A stretch of DNA of 64,000 nt, from contig OZ025803.1 of the NCBI GenBank assembly GCA_964019425.1, positions 434,001-498,000 of the forward strand, written 5' to 3'. Positions 11,392 through 22,981 of this stretch are shown piece after piece. The notes below the pieces were generated by a model. It saw only the letters and a list, made by a program, of their open reading frames with translations, did not search any database and was not told the origin of the DNA. Within the stretch, counting starts at the first letter, position 1; every line of letters begins with the position of its first letter. The position numbers were made by a program, and so were the translations under genes. This DNA is from Flectonema sp. DT1601. Its lineage: Eukaryota.

Positions 11392-12270
11392 TTGCTGTTG
11401 CTGTTGTTGCTGCTGTTGTTGTTGTTGCTGCTGCTGTTGCTGCTGCTGCTGTTGTTGTTGTTGCTGACGCGGTGGCGCCTGTCGTTGCTGAGGTGGGTGA
11501 TGTTGTGGAGGTTGTTGCTGCTTTCGATAAGAATACTGCTGCTGGTAATGTTGTTGTTGATGCTGATGATGAGCAGGTTGCCATGACTGATTATCAGATT
11601 GGTATTGTGAAGAATTTCTTTTATTAATGTCTCCCAACACAACCGGAGAGACGGGAAGTTTTGCAATAATAGGAACGGCATCCTCAATGGAATTATCAGT
11701 GCGCCTATTGTTGTTATAACCTGATCCTGGAGCAAGAGAAGCCTTTGGCTGTACAGGTGGGGGTGTAGGTGGTGAAGTGCCTAAGAAGTCAATCATGTCG
11801 AATGACTCGTCGCCCCAGGTGTCTGTCACTCTGCCAGAGTCTCTCCAACGATCAGCGATACTACTGCCGGGTTCCAGTGATGAATTCTTTTTCGCTGTAA
11901 CACCTCCCCACCATTCTGATCTGTCATTCTGCTTTTCGTGAACACGGCGGTCTCCCTCTCCTCCCCCACCACTATTACTGGCACTACCATAGTAATTTCC
12001 GTTTTGATTGTGATTTTGCTGATGATTTTGCTGGTGGGAATATCCACCGTGACCACCGTGATTATGACCCTTTCCATTACCTCTTCTGCCTGTTCCCTCT
12101 CCATAATAGTTATAATTATTGTTGTTGTTTCCGTTGTTGCTATTGTTGTTGTTGTTGTTATTGTTGTTGTACCCACCACCATTATTTTGATGGTGGTGGT
12201 GATTCCATCCACCGCGACCCCATCCTCTCTCGCTCCCCCTTCCTCCGCGAATCCCTCCTCTGGAGGACAT
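10086..12270 (-). CDS. RGG/Asn/Gln-rich protein with C-terminal AlkB-like 2OG-Fe(II) oxygenase fold; exons 12270-10588, 10514-10194, 10121-10086
   Basis: Two track ORFs join in frame across a GT-AG intron to give ...VRAP|NQLTVQEH...; AlkB-family motifs EFLSEEEESKLI, IPRRSLLVLTGSAR and RLSFTFR. Confidence 0.82.
10122..10193 (-). other. Predicted intron, 72 nt, phase 0, stop-free and in frame
   Basis: CAG|GTATTG...TATAAACAAAAACAG|GCT; contains a CAT microsatellite. Confidence 0.65.
10515..10587 (-). other. Predicted intron, 73 nt, phase 0
   Basis: CCG|GTATGT...CAACAATACCAAAACAG|AAC; removal rebuilds the AlkB-type P-NQLTV motif. Confidence 0.88.
11287..11466 (-). repeat. Mixed CAG/CAA coding repeat (about 60 codons, polyglutamine with one Leu)
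   Basis: (CTG/TTG)n on the plus strand, inside the AlkB-like CDS. Confidence 0.95.
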
Positions 12271-12844
12271 TTATGGCGAAGCTGTGAAAATACTTGTTAA
12301 TGAAAGTAATCAATTAGAGTTCTGAACTATTCGCGTGGCGATAATTTGATGTTCTCCAACTGGTGATTGTCAACGGGAGGCTGCCATGTTTAACTAAAAC
12401 CTGTTTAACAATCATTAAAAATTTGCAAAAGGCAGATCTAAAATCAAAACTCGTAACTTCTTTGTCGTTCGGTTGATAATAATTAGTTAGTAATCGGCAT
12501 TTAAAAAGAAATGCTATTTTACAACTGTAGCTCCCTCGTGAGGGAGTGTTGAAGGGAGTTAACGTGACATCAGTAAAGTAATAACTCAAACAGGAACGTG
12601 TCCGCTGATTATCCGTTGCTATAGTTTTTCAGCTAACTAAACAACTGTTTTATTGCTGACTGTTCATTAGTATGAGAGGATCACCACACAACTGTTTCGA
12701 TCGCGATGCAGCGTCTCAGTTCTGACTAAGGGAAATGTGCGACACCACCTTTTCCGATCTGGCTATGGGCCGCTAGTTGAGTTATTTCACTCAAAAACGC
12801 GCAGTTTCGTAGTTCGAAATGATTTCCGTCAAGTCTCCTTCTAA

Positions 12845-13217
12845 TTAGTAAACTCGAAGTCTATTTGCGATTTCTACGAGCGTCTCTTTCTTGCTTTGGC
12901 GAAGACTATGGAGGTGACTGAGGGGAGGCTGTGTTGAATTGTATACCTTCAGTAGATCTTACAGGGGTTTTGATACCACAAAGAAAACAGGAAGAGGGAC
13001 ATACTAAAAACACATCTCCGTATTTACGAACACATTCATCCATCATTATAATATCCTATTTTGTATTTTGTTTTGCTATTTTTATTCAGAAAAATAGTAA
13101 CTGTGGGGTGTCCCAAACACATACCTTATTGATCTCTACTATTTCCTTCTCTATTATGTCGAAATGTTGCTGTACTATACTTACCGCTTCGAATACAATA
13201 TCGGGCGACGAGGACAT
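12845..13217 (-). CDS. Small three-exon hypothetical protein, 75 aa; exons 13217-13125, 13055-13005, 12928-12845
   Basis: ATG at 13217. Two phase-0 GTATGT...AG introns (13124-13056, 69 nt; 13004-12929, 76 nt) with A-rich acceptors give MSSSPDIVFEAVSIVQQHFDIIEKEIVEINK|DIIMMDECVRKYGDVFL|PPLSHLHSLRQSKKETLVEIANRLRVY*. Confidence 0.6.
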
Positions 13218-14528
13218 GTTGTTGTTCAGTTAGTTAACAGTACTTCGTACAGTACTTTGCAATCAGGTGCAAAAAAAAAAAAAAAAAAATCCCAACAATT
13301 TCACTGAAGAAAATAACAAAAAAAAATTTATTTTTTTTTAAACACAAAAAAAGACTACAAAAAAATCATTAATCTGAACGGTTATCCTACGGGCACTGAA
13401 TCCGAGTCTAGCAAACCCGCAAACCGAATTGTTCTGTTTATCATAAGTATTATGTCTCCCTGTTGTGATGATAAAACATTTAAGAGACGACAACCAACAC
13501 TATCATTCTGTGTATTAAAACAAAACAATAAAACGCTTGTCGCTGACTAATATGTCTCCCCCGACAAGAATTATACTCAAATAGACCTGAAATGTTTTAT
13601 TTTATTTTTTTATATTATTTCATTTGGTTTCCTTCTCCCAGTAGAAGGAGAGGTAAAGAAAGTCGCGGAAGGGGGGGGAAAGGAGAGAGGGGTAAGATTT
13701 CTTTTACTTCTTTTTTGTTAGAAGAATTTCCAAGAATTAGTTTTATTAAAAAAGTAAACTTCGCATTTAAAGACATCGCGAGAGGGTGCGGCAACAAAAA
13801 AATAAAACAAATCAATTTAGAAAATTGCAACTTCAGTAAACTGCTGAGCGCACGAAGTATTTCTTCTTAATAGGTTTTTTTATTTCGTAATGCCCATTCC
13901 GGGTACGCGACAGAAACCTGTCTCGAAATGCTTTCACATAAATCGTTTGAGGTTACGCTAACGCACACAGAAAGTACTACAAATTCAGAACCACAATAAA
14001 ACTGATTAAGTAAAAAGAGATGTAAAAAAGCCTCTTTTCAAAAAAAAAAATAAAAAAAAAATCAGAATTTAATGACCACATCCAACGCAGTTTTTTGCAT
14101 CTGTCTGAGCTCGATACGAACTTCAAACACGAACGCGTTACTACTGCGTGCTGGAATTGGACATGAATTTCTATTTTAATCGGATCTGTGGGATCCAGAC
14201 AGCAGAAGTGGGGAAGTTGGACAGATATACGACAAGGGAGGGAGGTCTAAGATTTTCATAACTACTTCTCTAGATAGATACAAAACATAATATAAAACAT
14301 AAATACAATCTCTTACAATTCTCGTATAGGTCTGTCTTACTTGACCACAAAACCAAGGTGCTAATGAAGATTATGTTTGACAATAATATCAAACAGTTCG
14401 AACGAATTGTTTCAGCAGATAATAAGATTTCATTCTCTCCAAAGCTTGACGATTCTTCAAACTCAATATACCACTTTCAGTAGACAATCGGCACATCATA
14501 TCAGCAGTCGGGGAACAACAGTCGCCAC

Positions 14529-15302
14529 CTACCTCAGTGATGAGCCGCACTGTGTACAGAATCTCGCTGTTATTATCGCTTCTAACTTACATTTTGCGCA
14601 ATGAATCCTGTTTTAAGTTTTTATTAAATAAACTTATAAAGTGTGTCAACATTACTAAAACACGACATACCTGGAAACCCTTCCAGCAGCACTCATCTTG
14701 ACCGCAGATATTTCCCGCAACTCTGATGTTGCTTCGAATACTGCGATAGTTCCTGGCCAGGCATCAAACAGAGGACCCGAAGGGATGTCAACTTCAGCAA
14801 TGGTGCCTCGTATCTCACCAGGGATTTTAGAAATAACACCGAGGACTCCTTCCCGTACGGAATTGCCGCTGTGGAGATCAATCTTTTTTGTTGTGACGAC
14901 TTTCATCCCAACACGGAATTCGTGAGAACGTATTGCCATGTGACTGGAGGGAGATTCAAATTGTTGTTGTGGAGGTGACTTAGTAGTAGCACGTGGAGGA
15001 GATGCTTTTTTATGAAGTGGTGATTGGTTCCACTCAGTCGAAGTCGCTAAATGTCTGTTAGCAAAGTGCGGATTTTCTCCACCTCTTCTGCTGTTCTTCA
15101 CAGCTTCTCTCTTTTCATCCGCAGCCATCACCTTTCTTTCGTCGTCTGTCATCGTTCTCAGCCCTAGTAATGATGCCATTGTATGTCCTGTGTCATATCC
15201 TCGTTCTCTTCCTAAGAGCCTGATTGATGATCTGTTTCCCAACGCATTGTTAACATTCATCGATGAGCCATCACTATTCATACCATTTGACCCGTACGGC
15301 AT
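14529..15302 (-). CDS. Hypothetical protein with possible SH3-like barrel and C-terminal zinc ribbon; exons 15302-14671 and 14607-14529
   Basis: Splicing gives ...RVSR IHCAKCKLEAIITARFCTQCGSSLR* (CxxC...FCxxCG). EFRVGMKVVT...GVISKI looks beta-barrel-like. Confidence 0.8.
14608..14670 (-). other. Predicted intron, 63 nt, phase 2
   Basis: AG|GTATGT...AATAAAAACTTAAAACAG|G; removal creates an in-frame zinc ribbon. Confidence 0.9.
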
Positions 15303-15466
15303 GTTAGTGGAGTCGACCTCCCTGGAAATGATTATTTAAAATACAACTGACACACCATTTTAATACAAACTAGTCTAACAGTAACCCTTTTAAATACAAA
15401 CAATGTCAGCAGTCAAAAGACGAGTTGAATGCTGCTACTTAGTTAACATTATTGCTCAGACTACAA

Positions 15467-15501
<35 letters not shown>

Positions 15502-15755
15502 CGTAAAAAAACAGACAGAATCAGCCAGATAGGTACAGGAAGGGGGATTAAAACAAAAAAACACATTATTATAGACACAATTACAGCCACAGTTCAGCAG
15601 ATCTAAAATATGATTTTTTTTTGTGAGAATTAAAACAGGGGGGGGAAACGAAACTATAAAGAACTCATACGACACATTAAATTGTATTATTGCTAACCAC
15701 TTATCTAGTAACCAGAAGAGGGCGCTATCATCAAACACGAGCACGAGCATTCTTA

Positions 15756-16700
15756 TCAAAGTTGAGAAGTAGGAACACCATATTTATCATCAACAGAATT
15801 AGTTTCTGTGGGTACATATCGCTGACGACTTGGAGATGACTGGCGATGGCGGGAAGAATTAGATGGACGAGTGTATTGTTGAAAATCTCTACTCCTTTCG
15901 TTGTACTGTTGAGATGGAGGAGCGTATTGCTGAATGTCTCTACTCTTTTCGTTGTACTGTTGTTGTTGTTGTTGTTGATGAGATGGAGGAGTGTAGTAAT
16001 TCTGATGACGATCTTCTTCGTTGTTTACAACTCGAACTTCAGTTCGAGCACCGCGCGGGTTGATCTTAACCGGAGATGCGGTTCTCTTCCTGGGTACGAT
16101 AATAATATCCTTCCCTTTTCTAATAACACCAGGCAAGCTATCTATTGAAGGCTTGCTGAACCTGTCACTGCGCTCACTTTTTACGGCAATCGGAGTTTCG
16201 ACATTTCCAAAACTTTGAGGGCTTTGAGGAACCAACGGAGGTGGTGGAAATTTCTTCTTCGAAGATTCATAAAAGTGATTTTGTGTTTTTGGTTTTCGGC
16301 TATCCAGACGGTCTTTATAATAATTATTTGAGCTCCAAGCAACGTTCTCCTTTTCAATATGTTTTCTATTTTCTGTTGTTGGGAATACCTCAGAGATGTA
16401 GCAGCTGTTTGTTCGAAGCATTTTACCCATCCAAAGAAGTGGTTTTTGTTTTAATGTTTCGATTTGATATAATTCAACTTCGTCATTCTTCCTAACTGAG
16501 AGCCGCAATTCAGAATATTTTTGTGATACAAAATTTATCTTCAAGTGATCGATTGCAATTTTTAGTAAATCTGATAAATCCCATTTTACTGCTCTGATGA
16601 CGTCGGATTCTCTGCAGTTTGGTTGTCTTCCCTCTCGTGTTGATATTTCTATTGTGTAGTCTCTGAACCCAGCTGACGTGTTCTCCTCATCCACCCACAT
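15756..16700 (-). CDS. Hypothetical protein, 314 aa, with degenerate Gln/Tyr/Pro tandem repeats near the C-terminus
   Basis: Long ATG-initiated ORF preceded by ...ACTAATTACAG; repeats QQYNE(K/R)SRD(I/F)QQY at ~15860-15995. Confidence 0.75.
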   Translation of the reverse strand: MWVDEENTSAGFRDYTIEISTREGRQPNCRESDVIRAVKWDLSDLLKIAIDHLKINFVSQKYSELRLSVRKNDEVELYQIETLKQKPLLWMGKMLRTNSCYISEVFPTTENRKHIEKENVAWSSNNYYKDRLDSRKPKTQNHFYESSKKKFPPPPLVPQSPQSFGNVETPIAVKSERSDRFSKPSIDSLPGVIRKGKDIIIVPRKRTASPVKINPRGARTEVRVVNNEEDRHQNYYTPPSHQQQQQQQYNEKSRDIQQYAPPSQQYNERSRDFQQYTRPSNSSRHRQSSPSRQRYVPTETNSVDDKYGVPTSQL

Positions 16701-16926
16701 TTATGAGAACTGTAATTAGTAGTAAGATATTGAAAATAAAACAAACTAAAAAAAAAATGGGCCATTCTTCTTCTTGTTGTTAAAACATTAAGTAAACCCG
16801 TGGGGGGACTTGGATAAATAAATCAAGGGTTAACACGCAACAAAGTGGGGGGGGATAGTTTTTATTTTTAAAACAAAACACACTTAAAAAAACCGAAATT
16901 ACAAAAAGAATATAACTCAACAACAA

Positions 16927-18381
16927 TTATGAGGAAAGTGTTACCGTAGCGCTGAGGAACAATTGATTACCTTTAGTAGTTCCAGTGGAGAGGGACTCGA
17001 TTTTCATCTTTTCGCCAACTTCCGCGAAGATGAATCCGAACTTAGTAATTCCCCCTCCGAATGCTACTATCGGAATTGAGGAACTCTTTCCATTGTTAGT
17101 CATCTCTGTAATGCTGTCTGTGAGTGATGCAGCAGTCGTTCTTCCTGTTACCACGACTGGGGCATCGAATCGATTTTGGTAGAACACTTCATTGAGAATT
17201 AGTGGTTTCTCACCTTCAGAAATAGGCTTCTTAAGGTATTCGTAGAGCTGTTTTGATACTGCTTTGAAAACGTCGAGTTTGAGACCAGAGTGATGCAATT
17301 GAAGGATATCATTGTTACAGCCAAGGTTATTATCAGATACTATAATTCTAGTTAGTTTATGATTCTTATGAAGTGTGTTGATAATTGGAGCAATAGAAGA
17401 AAATCCTTTCGTACTCAGACTGTTCGCAGAGATGTCAAATGTCTCTAACTTCGTCAACTTTTTAAGTGATTTTCTCATTTCAACAGCTGTTTCATCACCA
17501 AACTGGTTTCCGTGTAAACCCAAATAGGTGATGTTGGTGTTGACGCTTTTCAGAACATTAGAACAGGCTGACTTTAAGCAATTATCATTCAGCTCTAGCT
17601 CTACAAGGTTTACCATACTACGAAGAGTTTCTGAGAGATACTCTCCATCACTTTCTTGTAAGTTGTTTCGACCAAAATGTAAAATTGTAATTTTTTCACA
17701 AACTACTCCGTCGATCAATGCCAACGACTCTCCGTTTAGTTCATTCCAAGACAAGTAAAGAGAACTAATATTGCGACCGAGTTCCTTAAGTACTTCTGGT
17801 AATTCATTCAAATCATTATGTGTAAGGTCTAAAGAAGTCAACGACTCACTCGCTACGATGTGTTTTAAGCAGTCATCGTATTCAGATCGTATCTCAGTAT
17901 TCTCAATAGTAGTACGGAGATGTCTCATGCTTAATGTTTGAAGTGATTTACTCTTTGAGATTGGATCCATAAAACAGTGTGGAGGAGGAGAGTCTTCCAT
18001 CGAATTTCCTGAGATGTCAAGAGACTTAATTTCAAGAGATTTGTTGTCGAAGAGAGCATCCCATTTTGCAGGATACCCAGCTGAGTTGTATGAAAGGACG
18101 TTGTTGTTTCTAATCTCAAGTGACAGTGATAAAGGTTTCTGTAGTTCTAATTTAGACAACATGTCGATGTGGTGAGATCTCATGTTGTCGGATATTATCA
18201 AATTCAAATTCCGATCTTCCCGTTTGTCAATCGCCGACAAAATCTTCCCCAAACCAGCATCTCCTCCCTTTACTGTTGACCCTGACACTGTTGGTGGATC
18301 AACACGAAGATCTACCTCAACTCTCTCATCACCATTCTCAACTAACGTTGCTGCTTTCCGTGGCGTCAGAGGTGCTGACAT
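16927..18381 (-). CDS. Leucine-rich repeat protein (RI-like LRRs)
   Basis: Repeated LxxLxLxxNxL motifs (IKSLDISGNSM, LTSLDLTHNDL, ISSLYLSWNEL, LVELELNDNCL, ITYLGLHGNQF, LETFDISANSL). Confidence 0.88.
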   Translation of the reverse strand: MSAPLTPRKAATLVENGDERVEVDLRVDPPTVSGSTVKGGDAGLGKILSAIDKREDRNLNLIISDNMRSHHIDMLSKLELQKPLSLSLEIRNNNVLSYNSAGYPAKWDALFDNKSLEIKSLDISGNSMEDSPPPHCFMDPISKSKSLQTLSMRHLRTTIENTEIRSEYDDCLKHIVASESLTSLDLTHNDLNELPEVLKELGRNISSLYLSWNELNGESLALIDGVVCEKITILHFGRNNLQESDGEYLSETLRSMVNLVELELNDNCLKSACSNVLKSVNTNITYLGLHGNQFGDETAVEMRKSLKKLTKLETFDISANSLSTKGFSSIAPIINTLHKNHKLTRIIVSDNNLGCNNDILQLHHSGLKLDVFKAVSKQLYEYLKKPISEGEKPLILNEVFYQNRFDAPVVVTGRTTAASLTDSITEMTNNGKSSSIPIVAFGGGITKFGFIFAEVGEKMKIESLSTGTTKGNQLFLSATVTLSS

Positions 18382-18704
18382 TTTCTTAAAAGTACACCTG
18401 AGATGGTAAGGAATTTATAATTACAAACACCTGCTGAAGGAACGTCACCGCACAGCTGTTCAAAAGAACGGGAAAAACAATCAAAACGAGTCGAGTATAG
18501 TTGGTTAAGGAGAACAACAGAGGGGAATAGGAGTTGCATCTGATCAAAAATGAACTAATAAATATTATTAGCCAACCTCAGTTACACATAATAAAAATAA
18601 AGCGATAAATTCTAATCGTGTAGCTGAAAGATTTCGAAGGTTAGAGAATCACCTGTCTATGGTTTAATAAATCCAAGAATTCCAAGCAGACTGATCAGAT
18701 TAAA

Positions 18705-19244
18705 TCAACCAGGCAATTGAGGTACAGCTATTCGTGTATCACAGTTAGGACAGTTTACAATAGTTCCACTGGTTGCTATTAATGAATGTCTACACATTCC
18801 ACATTGAACAACTCTAACAGGCCCTTCATCTTGTTGAAAAGTATTAGGTGTTGCTGGAGTTCTGAATACTACCTGTTGGTGTAGTTGTGGAGATGCACTG
18901 CGACTCCGTTGTGGGGATCCGCAGTTTAGGTTAGTGCATCTCGGGAATCCATCTCTGTTGGGTTGGCCGCAAACATCACAAAACCAACTTTCTGCAGTCC
19001 CTGCCACTCGATCTCTCAGCAGAAGTTCAATTCTCTGTTCCAACATCATTCGGTCTCTTTCTTTCTCTTCTAAAACAGTCGTTGCAGATGACAACAACTT
19101 TCGGAGCCCCTCACAGGTTTGACACTTCCCACTTCCCATCTGCACTCGGACATCAGCGAGTTTCGCTTCACGAGATGCCTTCAACGCCCCCCTCAGCGCT
19201 CGTACTTCTAATTCAAGCTGACGAATTCGCGACTCGGCGTCCAT
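18705..19244 (-). CDS. Coiled-coil protein with RanBP2-like and C-terminal zinc fingers
   Basis: First ATG at 19244 (MDAESRIRQLE...) after TTTTGCTCATCAG; WFCDVCGQPN...CTNLNC and CGMC...CPNC motifs. Confidence 0.8.
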   Translation of the reverse strand: MDAESRIRQLELEVRALRGALKASREAKLADVRVQMGSGKCQTCEGLRKLLSSATTVLEEKERDRMMLEQRIELLLRDRVAGTAESWFCDVCGQPNRDGFPRCTNLNCGSPQRSRSASPQLHQQVVFRTPATPNTFQQDEGPVRVVQCGMCRHSLIATSGTIVNCPNCDTRIAVPQLPG

Positions 19245-21049
19245 ATTTTGTGCTGATGAGCAAAATATTTTTATATTTTTATTTAAATCTCTCAACCGTA
19301 GTCTTTCTCAATCCCAAAGCTGTTTATATAAACGATTTTGTTGATCATAAGTACTGTTGACAGATATCAGGAAATTAATAATAAAAACACCGACATCCGA
19401 CACTCAGTTACTGTTATCACTTGATGGACGGTAATTCTTCATGGCTACCAACAAGTAGTTCCTTTTCCCTTCGTATTAATCAAAGGCAGGCCTTACAAAA
19501 AAAGCTCACACGTATAATTACCTAAAGTAAACAACAAAAACCCACAGCTGATACAGAAAATACAATGAGGGAGTTGGGGGGGGGGGGGGGGGGGGGGGGT
19601 GGACTTTTTCTTTATAATATATTCTTTTATAAATTTCATTTCTTAACTTTTCTTTTATCGAAGCTTTCTAATAAGCCGCAAACAGAAGGTGCTCTCGAAT
19701 ACTATTTTTGTTGTCAAATTGCCTTCCCCGGCTTCACGTGTGATAAAAAGTGAGCCACAAATTTTTTTGATTTACAAAATGACGAGTTATAACGAACTAA
19801 CACAAAATAAAGTGATCTCCGTAGTCTCTTTGTAGAACTGGACACTTATGTTGATATCTTTATTCATATTGCGGTTCTGATGTACATGTCAGACTGTAAT
19901 TCTTTTTTATTTCTTTCTTGAATTTGATTGAAGGTAAGCGTGAGCTCAACAAGTGTGTCTTTATAACAGAAACAATTTATTGATCTTAGCCTTTATACCT
20001 TTTATCCTCTATAAAACTGTACCGACATACATAGTTATAACACACAATACGCACAAGGTAAAATAGGTCACTGCTGCTGTTTCCCCTTCTGCCTCTTTTT
20101 TTTTTTGTTGGAACATAAATCAGTCTGACAGAAACACGTCGCATACATGGCGCAACACACACATAACACACACACGGATTGTTCATTATTTTATAATGGT
20201 TTAGGTATAATAGTTCCACTAATCAAATAATATGTAAACTAGTAGAGACCAACTTACGAAGGTACAGTCAGAACTGACGAACACGTTTTCAACACACCAG
20301 AAAAGTAAAGAGGTGGTGAGGCAACCCGTAAATATCCAAAACAACCCTCTACCACACGCAAATAGACCTGAACTGTTAAATTTTTATTTTTTTGATAAGT
20401 GGTTAAAAAAAAAAAACCACTGGGAATGGGCCACATGTGTAAACTACACAAGCCTCAGGAAAGCAACGGATTTCGTAGTAATGAGGAAGCCAGAAACTTG
20501 TGCATGTCAACATTGAAAGAACAATCTCATAAAGTTCCTTAATAATATTCAATATTGATACTAATCGAGAAGTATGACTGATGTTCTTCTCCGATTGATG
20601 TTTCTGTTCATGTTTGCGTTGATCTCAAAAAAGGAGAATAATAGGAGACAGATGTCGCAGGACCATTTATAGCGAACCACCTTTTTCTTTTTCCCCATCT
20701 TTTTGAAGCCCATCGTGCTCACCGGACACTAGCAACTTTTAAAAAAAGTCCCAAATCAGAAATAACAAAACCGACAAACACAAACCTAGAATATTTCATT
20801 AGATTTAGTAATGAATAAAAAAAAAAAAAAAAGAAACGCGTAGGGGAAAATCATAATAGCATAATTTTCAGAGAAAGTAGGAGAGAACAGAATACGCACG
20901 AGGAAAGAGTCGATTGTCGGAAAGAGTTTGTGAAAGAATTCTTACGTTTCAATGAATACAATAAGCTCACGCTGAGTGTCCTACTGAAGGACGCATTAAT
21001 GTGTCTTCAAATTACTTCCAACATCACTCTTAGTTGGAGAAAGAATTGA

Positions 21050-22981
21050 TCAGAGGTATGGAACCCAGAATTTACAAATATCTTTCTTAAGACCTACTGT
21101 AGTACTGATGTTTACTTGATTACCTCCAAAGACGATCACTTCATCATCAGTTAGTGTGTATGGTTTCCAGTCAACAGAGAGATTCTCAAAGTTCGGGTTT
21201 CCAGTTTTAGCGAATGTTGCCCAGGCCTCAACCATCTTGCTGGACAATTCTACTTCACTGCCTTCCAATTCAAAGGTGTCATGGAACACAAATGGTACTT
21301 CAGATCCATGAAAAGCTCCAATCTCAGTAGTGTTTCTGTTGTTAACACTGATTTTAGGAGTTCTGTTAAAGAAATAAACAAATGGAGTAGCTCCAGCCTT
21401 GTGCAACATATGGGCAGCATTTCTAGCAGGGCAGGAAAGGACGAAATCACCAACCGCACCAGACAACGACCACCACCAAGACGTAATTTTGTCGCCGTTT
21501 GGTTCGTACAACTGAGCAAGTTTATCTGCCATTTTTGATCCCCAAATTGGTGAAGCCCAGTTTAGGAATTGAGTTCTATTTGTCATGCCATCGGCGTTGA
21601 TGTAACGATGGTAAAAACCAACCTGAGTTGTTGCATTGTCTCCATGTCCTGTTTGATAAGAAGTGAAGGTGCTTCCTTCATCACGGTTTGTACCTAAAAT
21701 GATTGGAATTTTAGCAACCTCTCCTCTTCCTAAAAGTGTAATCGGATCTTCTTCCAATTCAACACCGTCAACTACGGGAGCCCAGGTACACTTGTCCATT
21801 GTATCACCGTATGGTACCATGTATGGTGGGGCTTGAGCATCTCCAAATACATCGTCTGCAGCAAACAACACGATACTCGTGTTACAGTTCGTTAAACATG
21901 CGATGATCTGATCTTTAGTAGAGTAACCAGGACAGATTAATTCATCATTAATAAGATGGTACAGGTTTGACATTACTTTTTTTGAGTTTGCAATCGCAGT
22001 GTCGAGTGTCTTGTAAGTCCACCTGTTGAAAGCTCCTGACTCGATGATCGCTTTGTTGAAGTACGGAAAAGACTTCTTCATTACAAGTTGAGTTGAGACA
22101 GATGTTGCACCAGCTGATTCACCCCACAAGATGATGTTGTTTGGGTCACCACCAAACGATGCTGCGTGGGTCTTTAAGAACTTCAATGCCATTCTCTGAT
22201 CTTGCATTGCAAAGTTTCCCATCGAACCTCCCTCACCCCATTCTTTAATCTCAGGCAGTGCTAAGAATCCAAATGGACCAACACGGTAACCCAAAGTAAC
22301 GTAAATTACATTCTCAGAGCTGTTACCTGTTGGAGCTTTTAGATTCTCAATGTCGTCTGATGCTCCCCACATGTACTGACCAGCAGGAACGTACATCATT
22401 ACAGGAGCAGGCTTGCCTGGCTTTAAGTTAGTTGGAGAATAGATATTAAGATACAAACAGTCCTCACTACTGTTTCTAATGTTTTGAAGAGAGTTCCAGG
22501 CAGGTCCAAGTTGTGCACATGGATTCTTAAAGTCTTTCGTCATCAATGTTTCCTTCCACGACTCAGCAGGTTGAGGAGAACGAAAACGCAAATTCCCAAC
22601 AGGTGGTGCGGCGTATGGAATTCCGCGAAAGATTTTGTGTTTGGATCCGACAGGAATGTATCCTTCAATCTCACCGAGACCTTGAAGTTTAGCTTTTGTT
22701 GTTGTTGTAACGGTTGGAGGAACTTTACAAGTAGTTTGCAACTGATCGTATGAACAAGAGTATCCCACCATTGAATAGTATGTCAGCCCACACTCTGAAC
22801 ACGAATCCGGAACTGAGCAGTTTAGAGACGCCTTCCCACTCCCACCGCAGTAGTTGTCGTCACTGCAGACAGCTTTCATCATCTCAGAGCAATTCTTATG
22901 ATGGTATTGAGATAGCCATCCACTACTGGCATCTCCAACAGCAACACTTGCGAACAGTACCGCAACATAGAGGATACGCAT
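21050..22981 (-). CDS. Secreted type-B carboxylesterase/cholinesterase-family protein with Cys-rich N-terminal module
   Basis: FRGIPYAAPPVGNLRF, SEDCLYLNIY, GESAG (Ser), NRDEG (Glu), FHGSE (His); signal-like MRILYVAVLFASVAVG from ATG 22981. Confidence 0.93.
   Translation of the reverse strand: MRILYVAVLFASVAVGDASSGWLSQYHHKNCSEMMKAVCSDDNYCGGSGKASLNCSVPDSCSECGLTYYSMVGYSCSYDQLQTTCKVPPTVTTTTKAKLQGLGEIEGYIPVGSKHKIFRGIPYAAPPVGNLRFRSPQPAESWKETLMTKDFKNPCAQLGPAWNSLQNIRNSSEDCLYLNIYSPTNLKPGKPAPVMMYVPAGQYMWGASDDIENLKAPTGNSSENVIYVTLGYRVGPFGFLALPEIKEWGEGGSMGNFAMQDQRMALKFLKTHAASFGGDPNNIILWGESAGATSVSTQLVMKKSFPYFNKAIIESGAFNRWTYKTLDTAIANSKKVMSNLYHLINDELICPGYSTKDQIIACLTNCNTSIVLFAADDVFGDAQAPPYMVPYGDTMDKCTWAPVVDGVELEEDPITLLGRGEVAKIPIILGTNRDEGSTFTSYQTGHGDNATTQVGFYHRYINADGMTNRTQFLNWASPIWGSKMADKLAQLYEPNGDKITSWWWSLSGAVGDFVLSCPARNAAHMLHKAGATPFVYFFNRTPKISVNNRNTTEIGAFHGSEVPFVFHDTFELEGSEVELSSKMVEAWATFAKTGNPNFENLSVDWKPYTLTDDEVIVFGGNQVNISTTVGLKKDICKFWVPYL

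Noticed and set aside
10975..12300. Poly-Leu, poly-Ala/Thr and poly-Ser/Asn ORFs
   Set aside because: Alternative frames or antisense of the CAG/CAA and AAC repeats in the AlkB-like gene.
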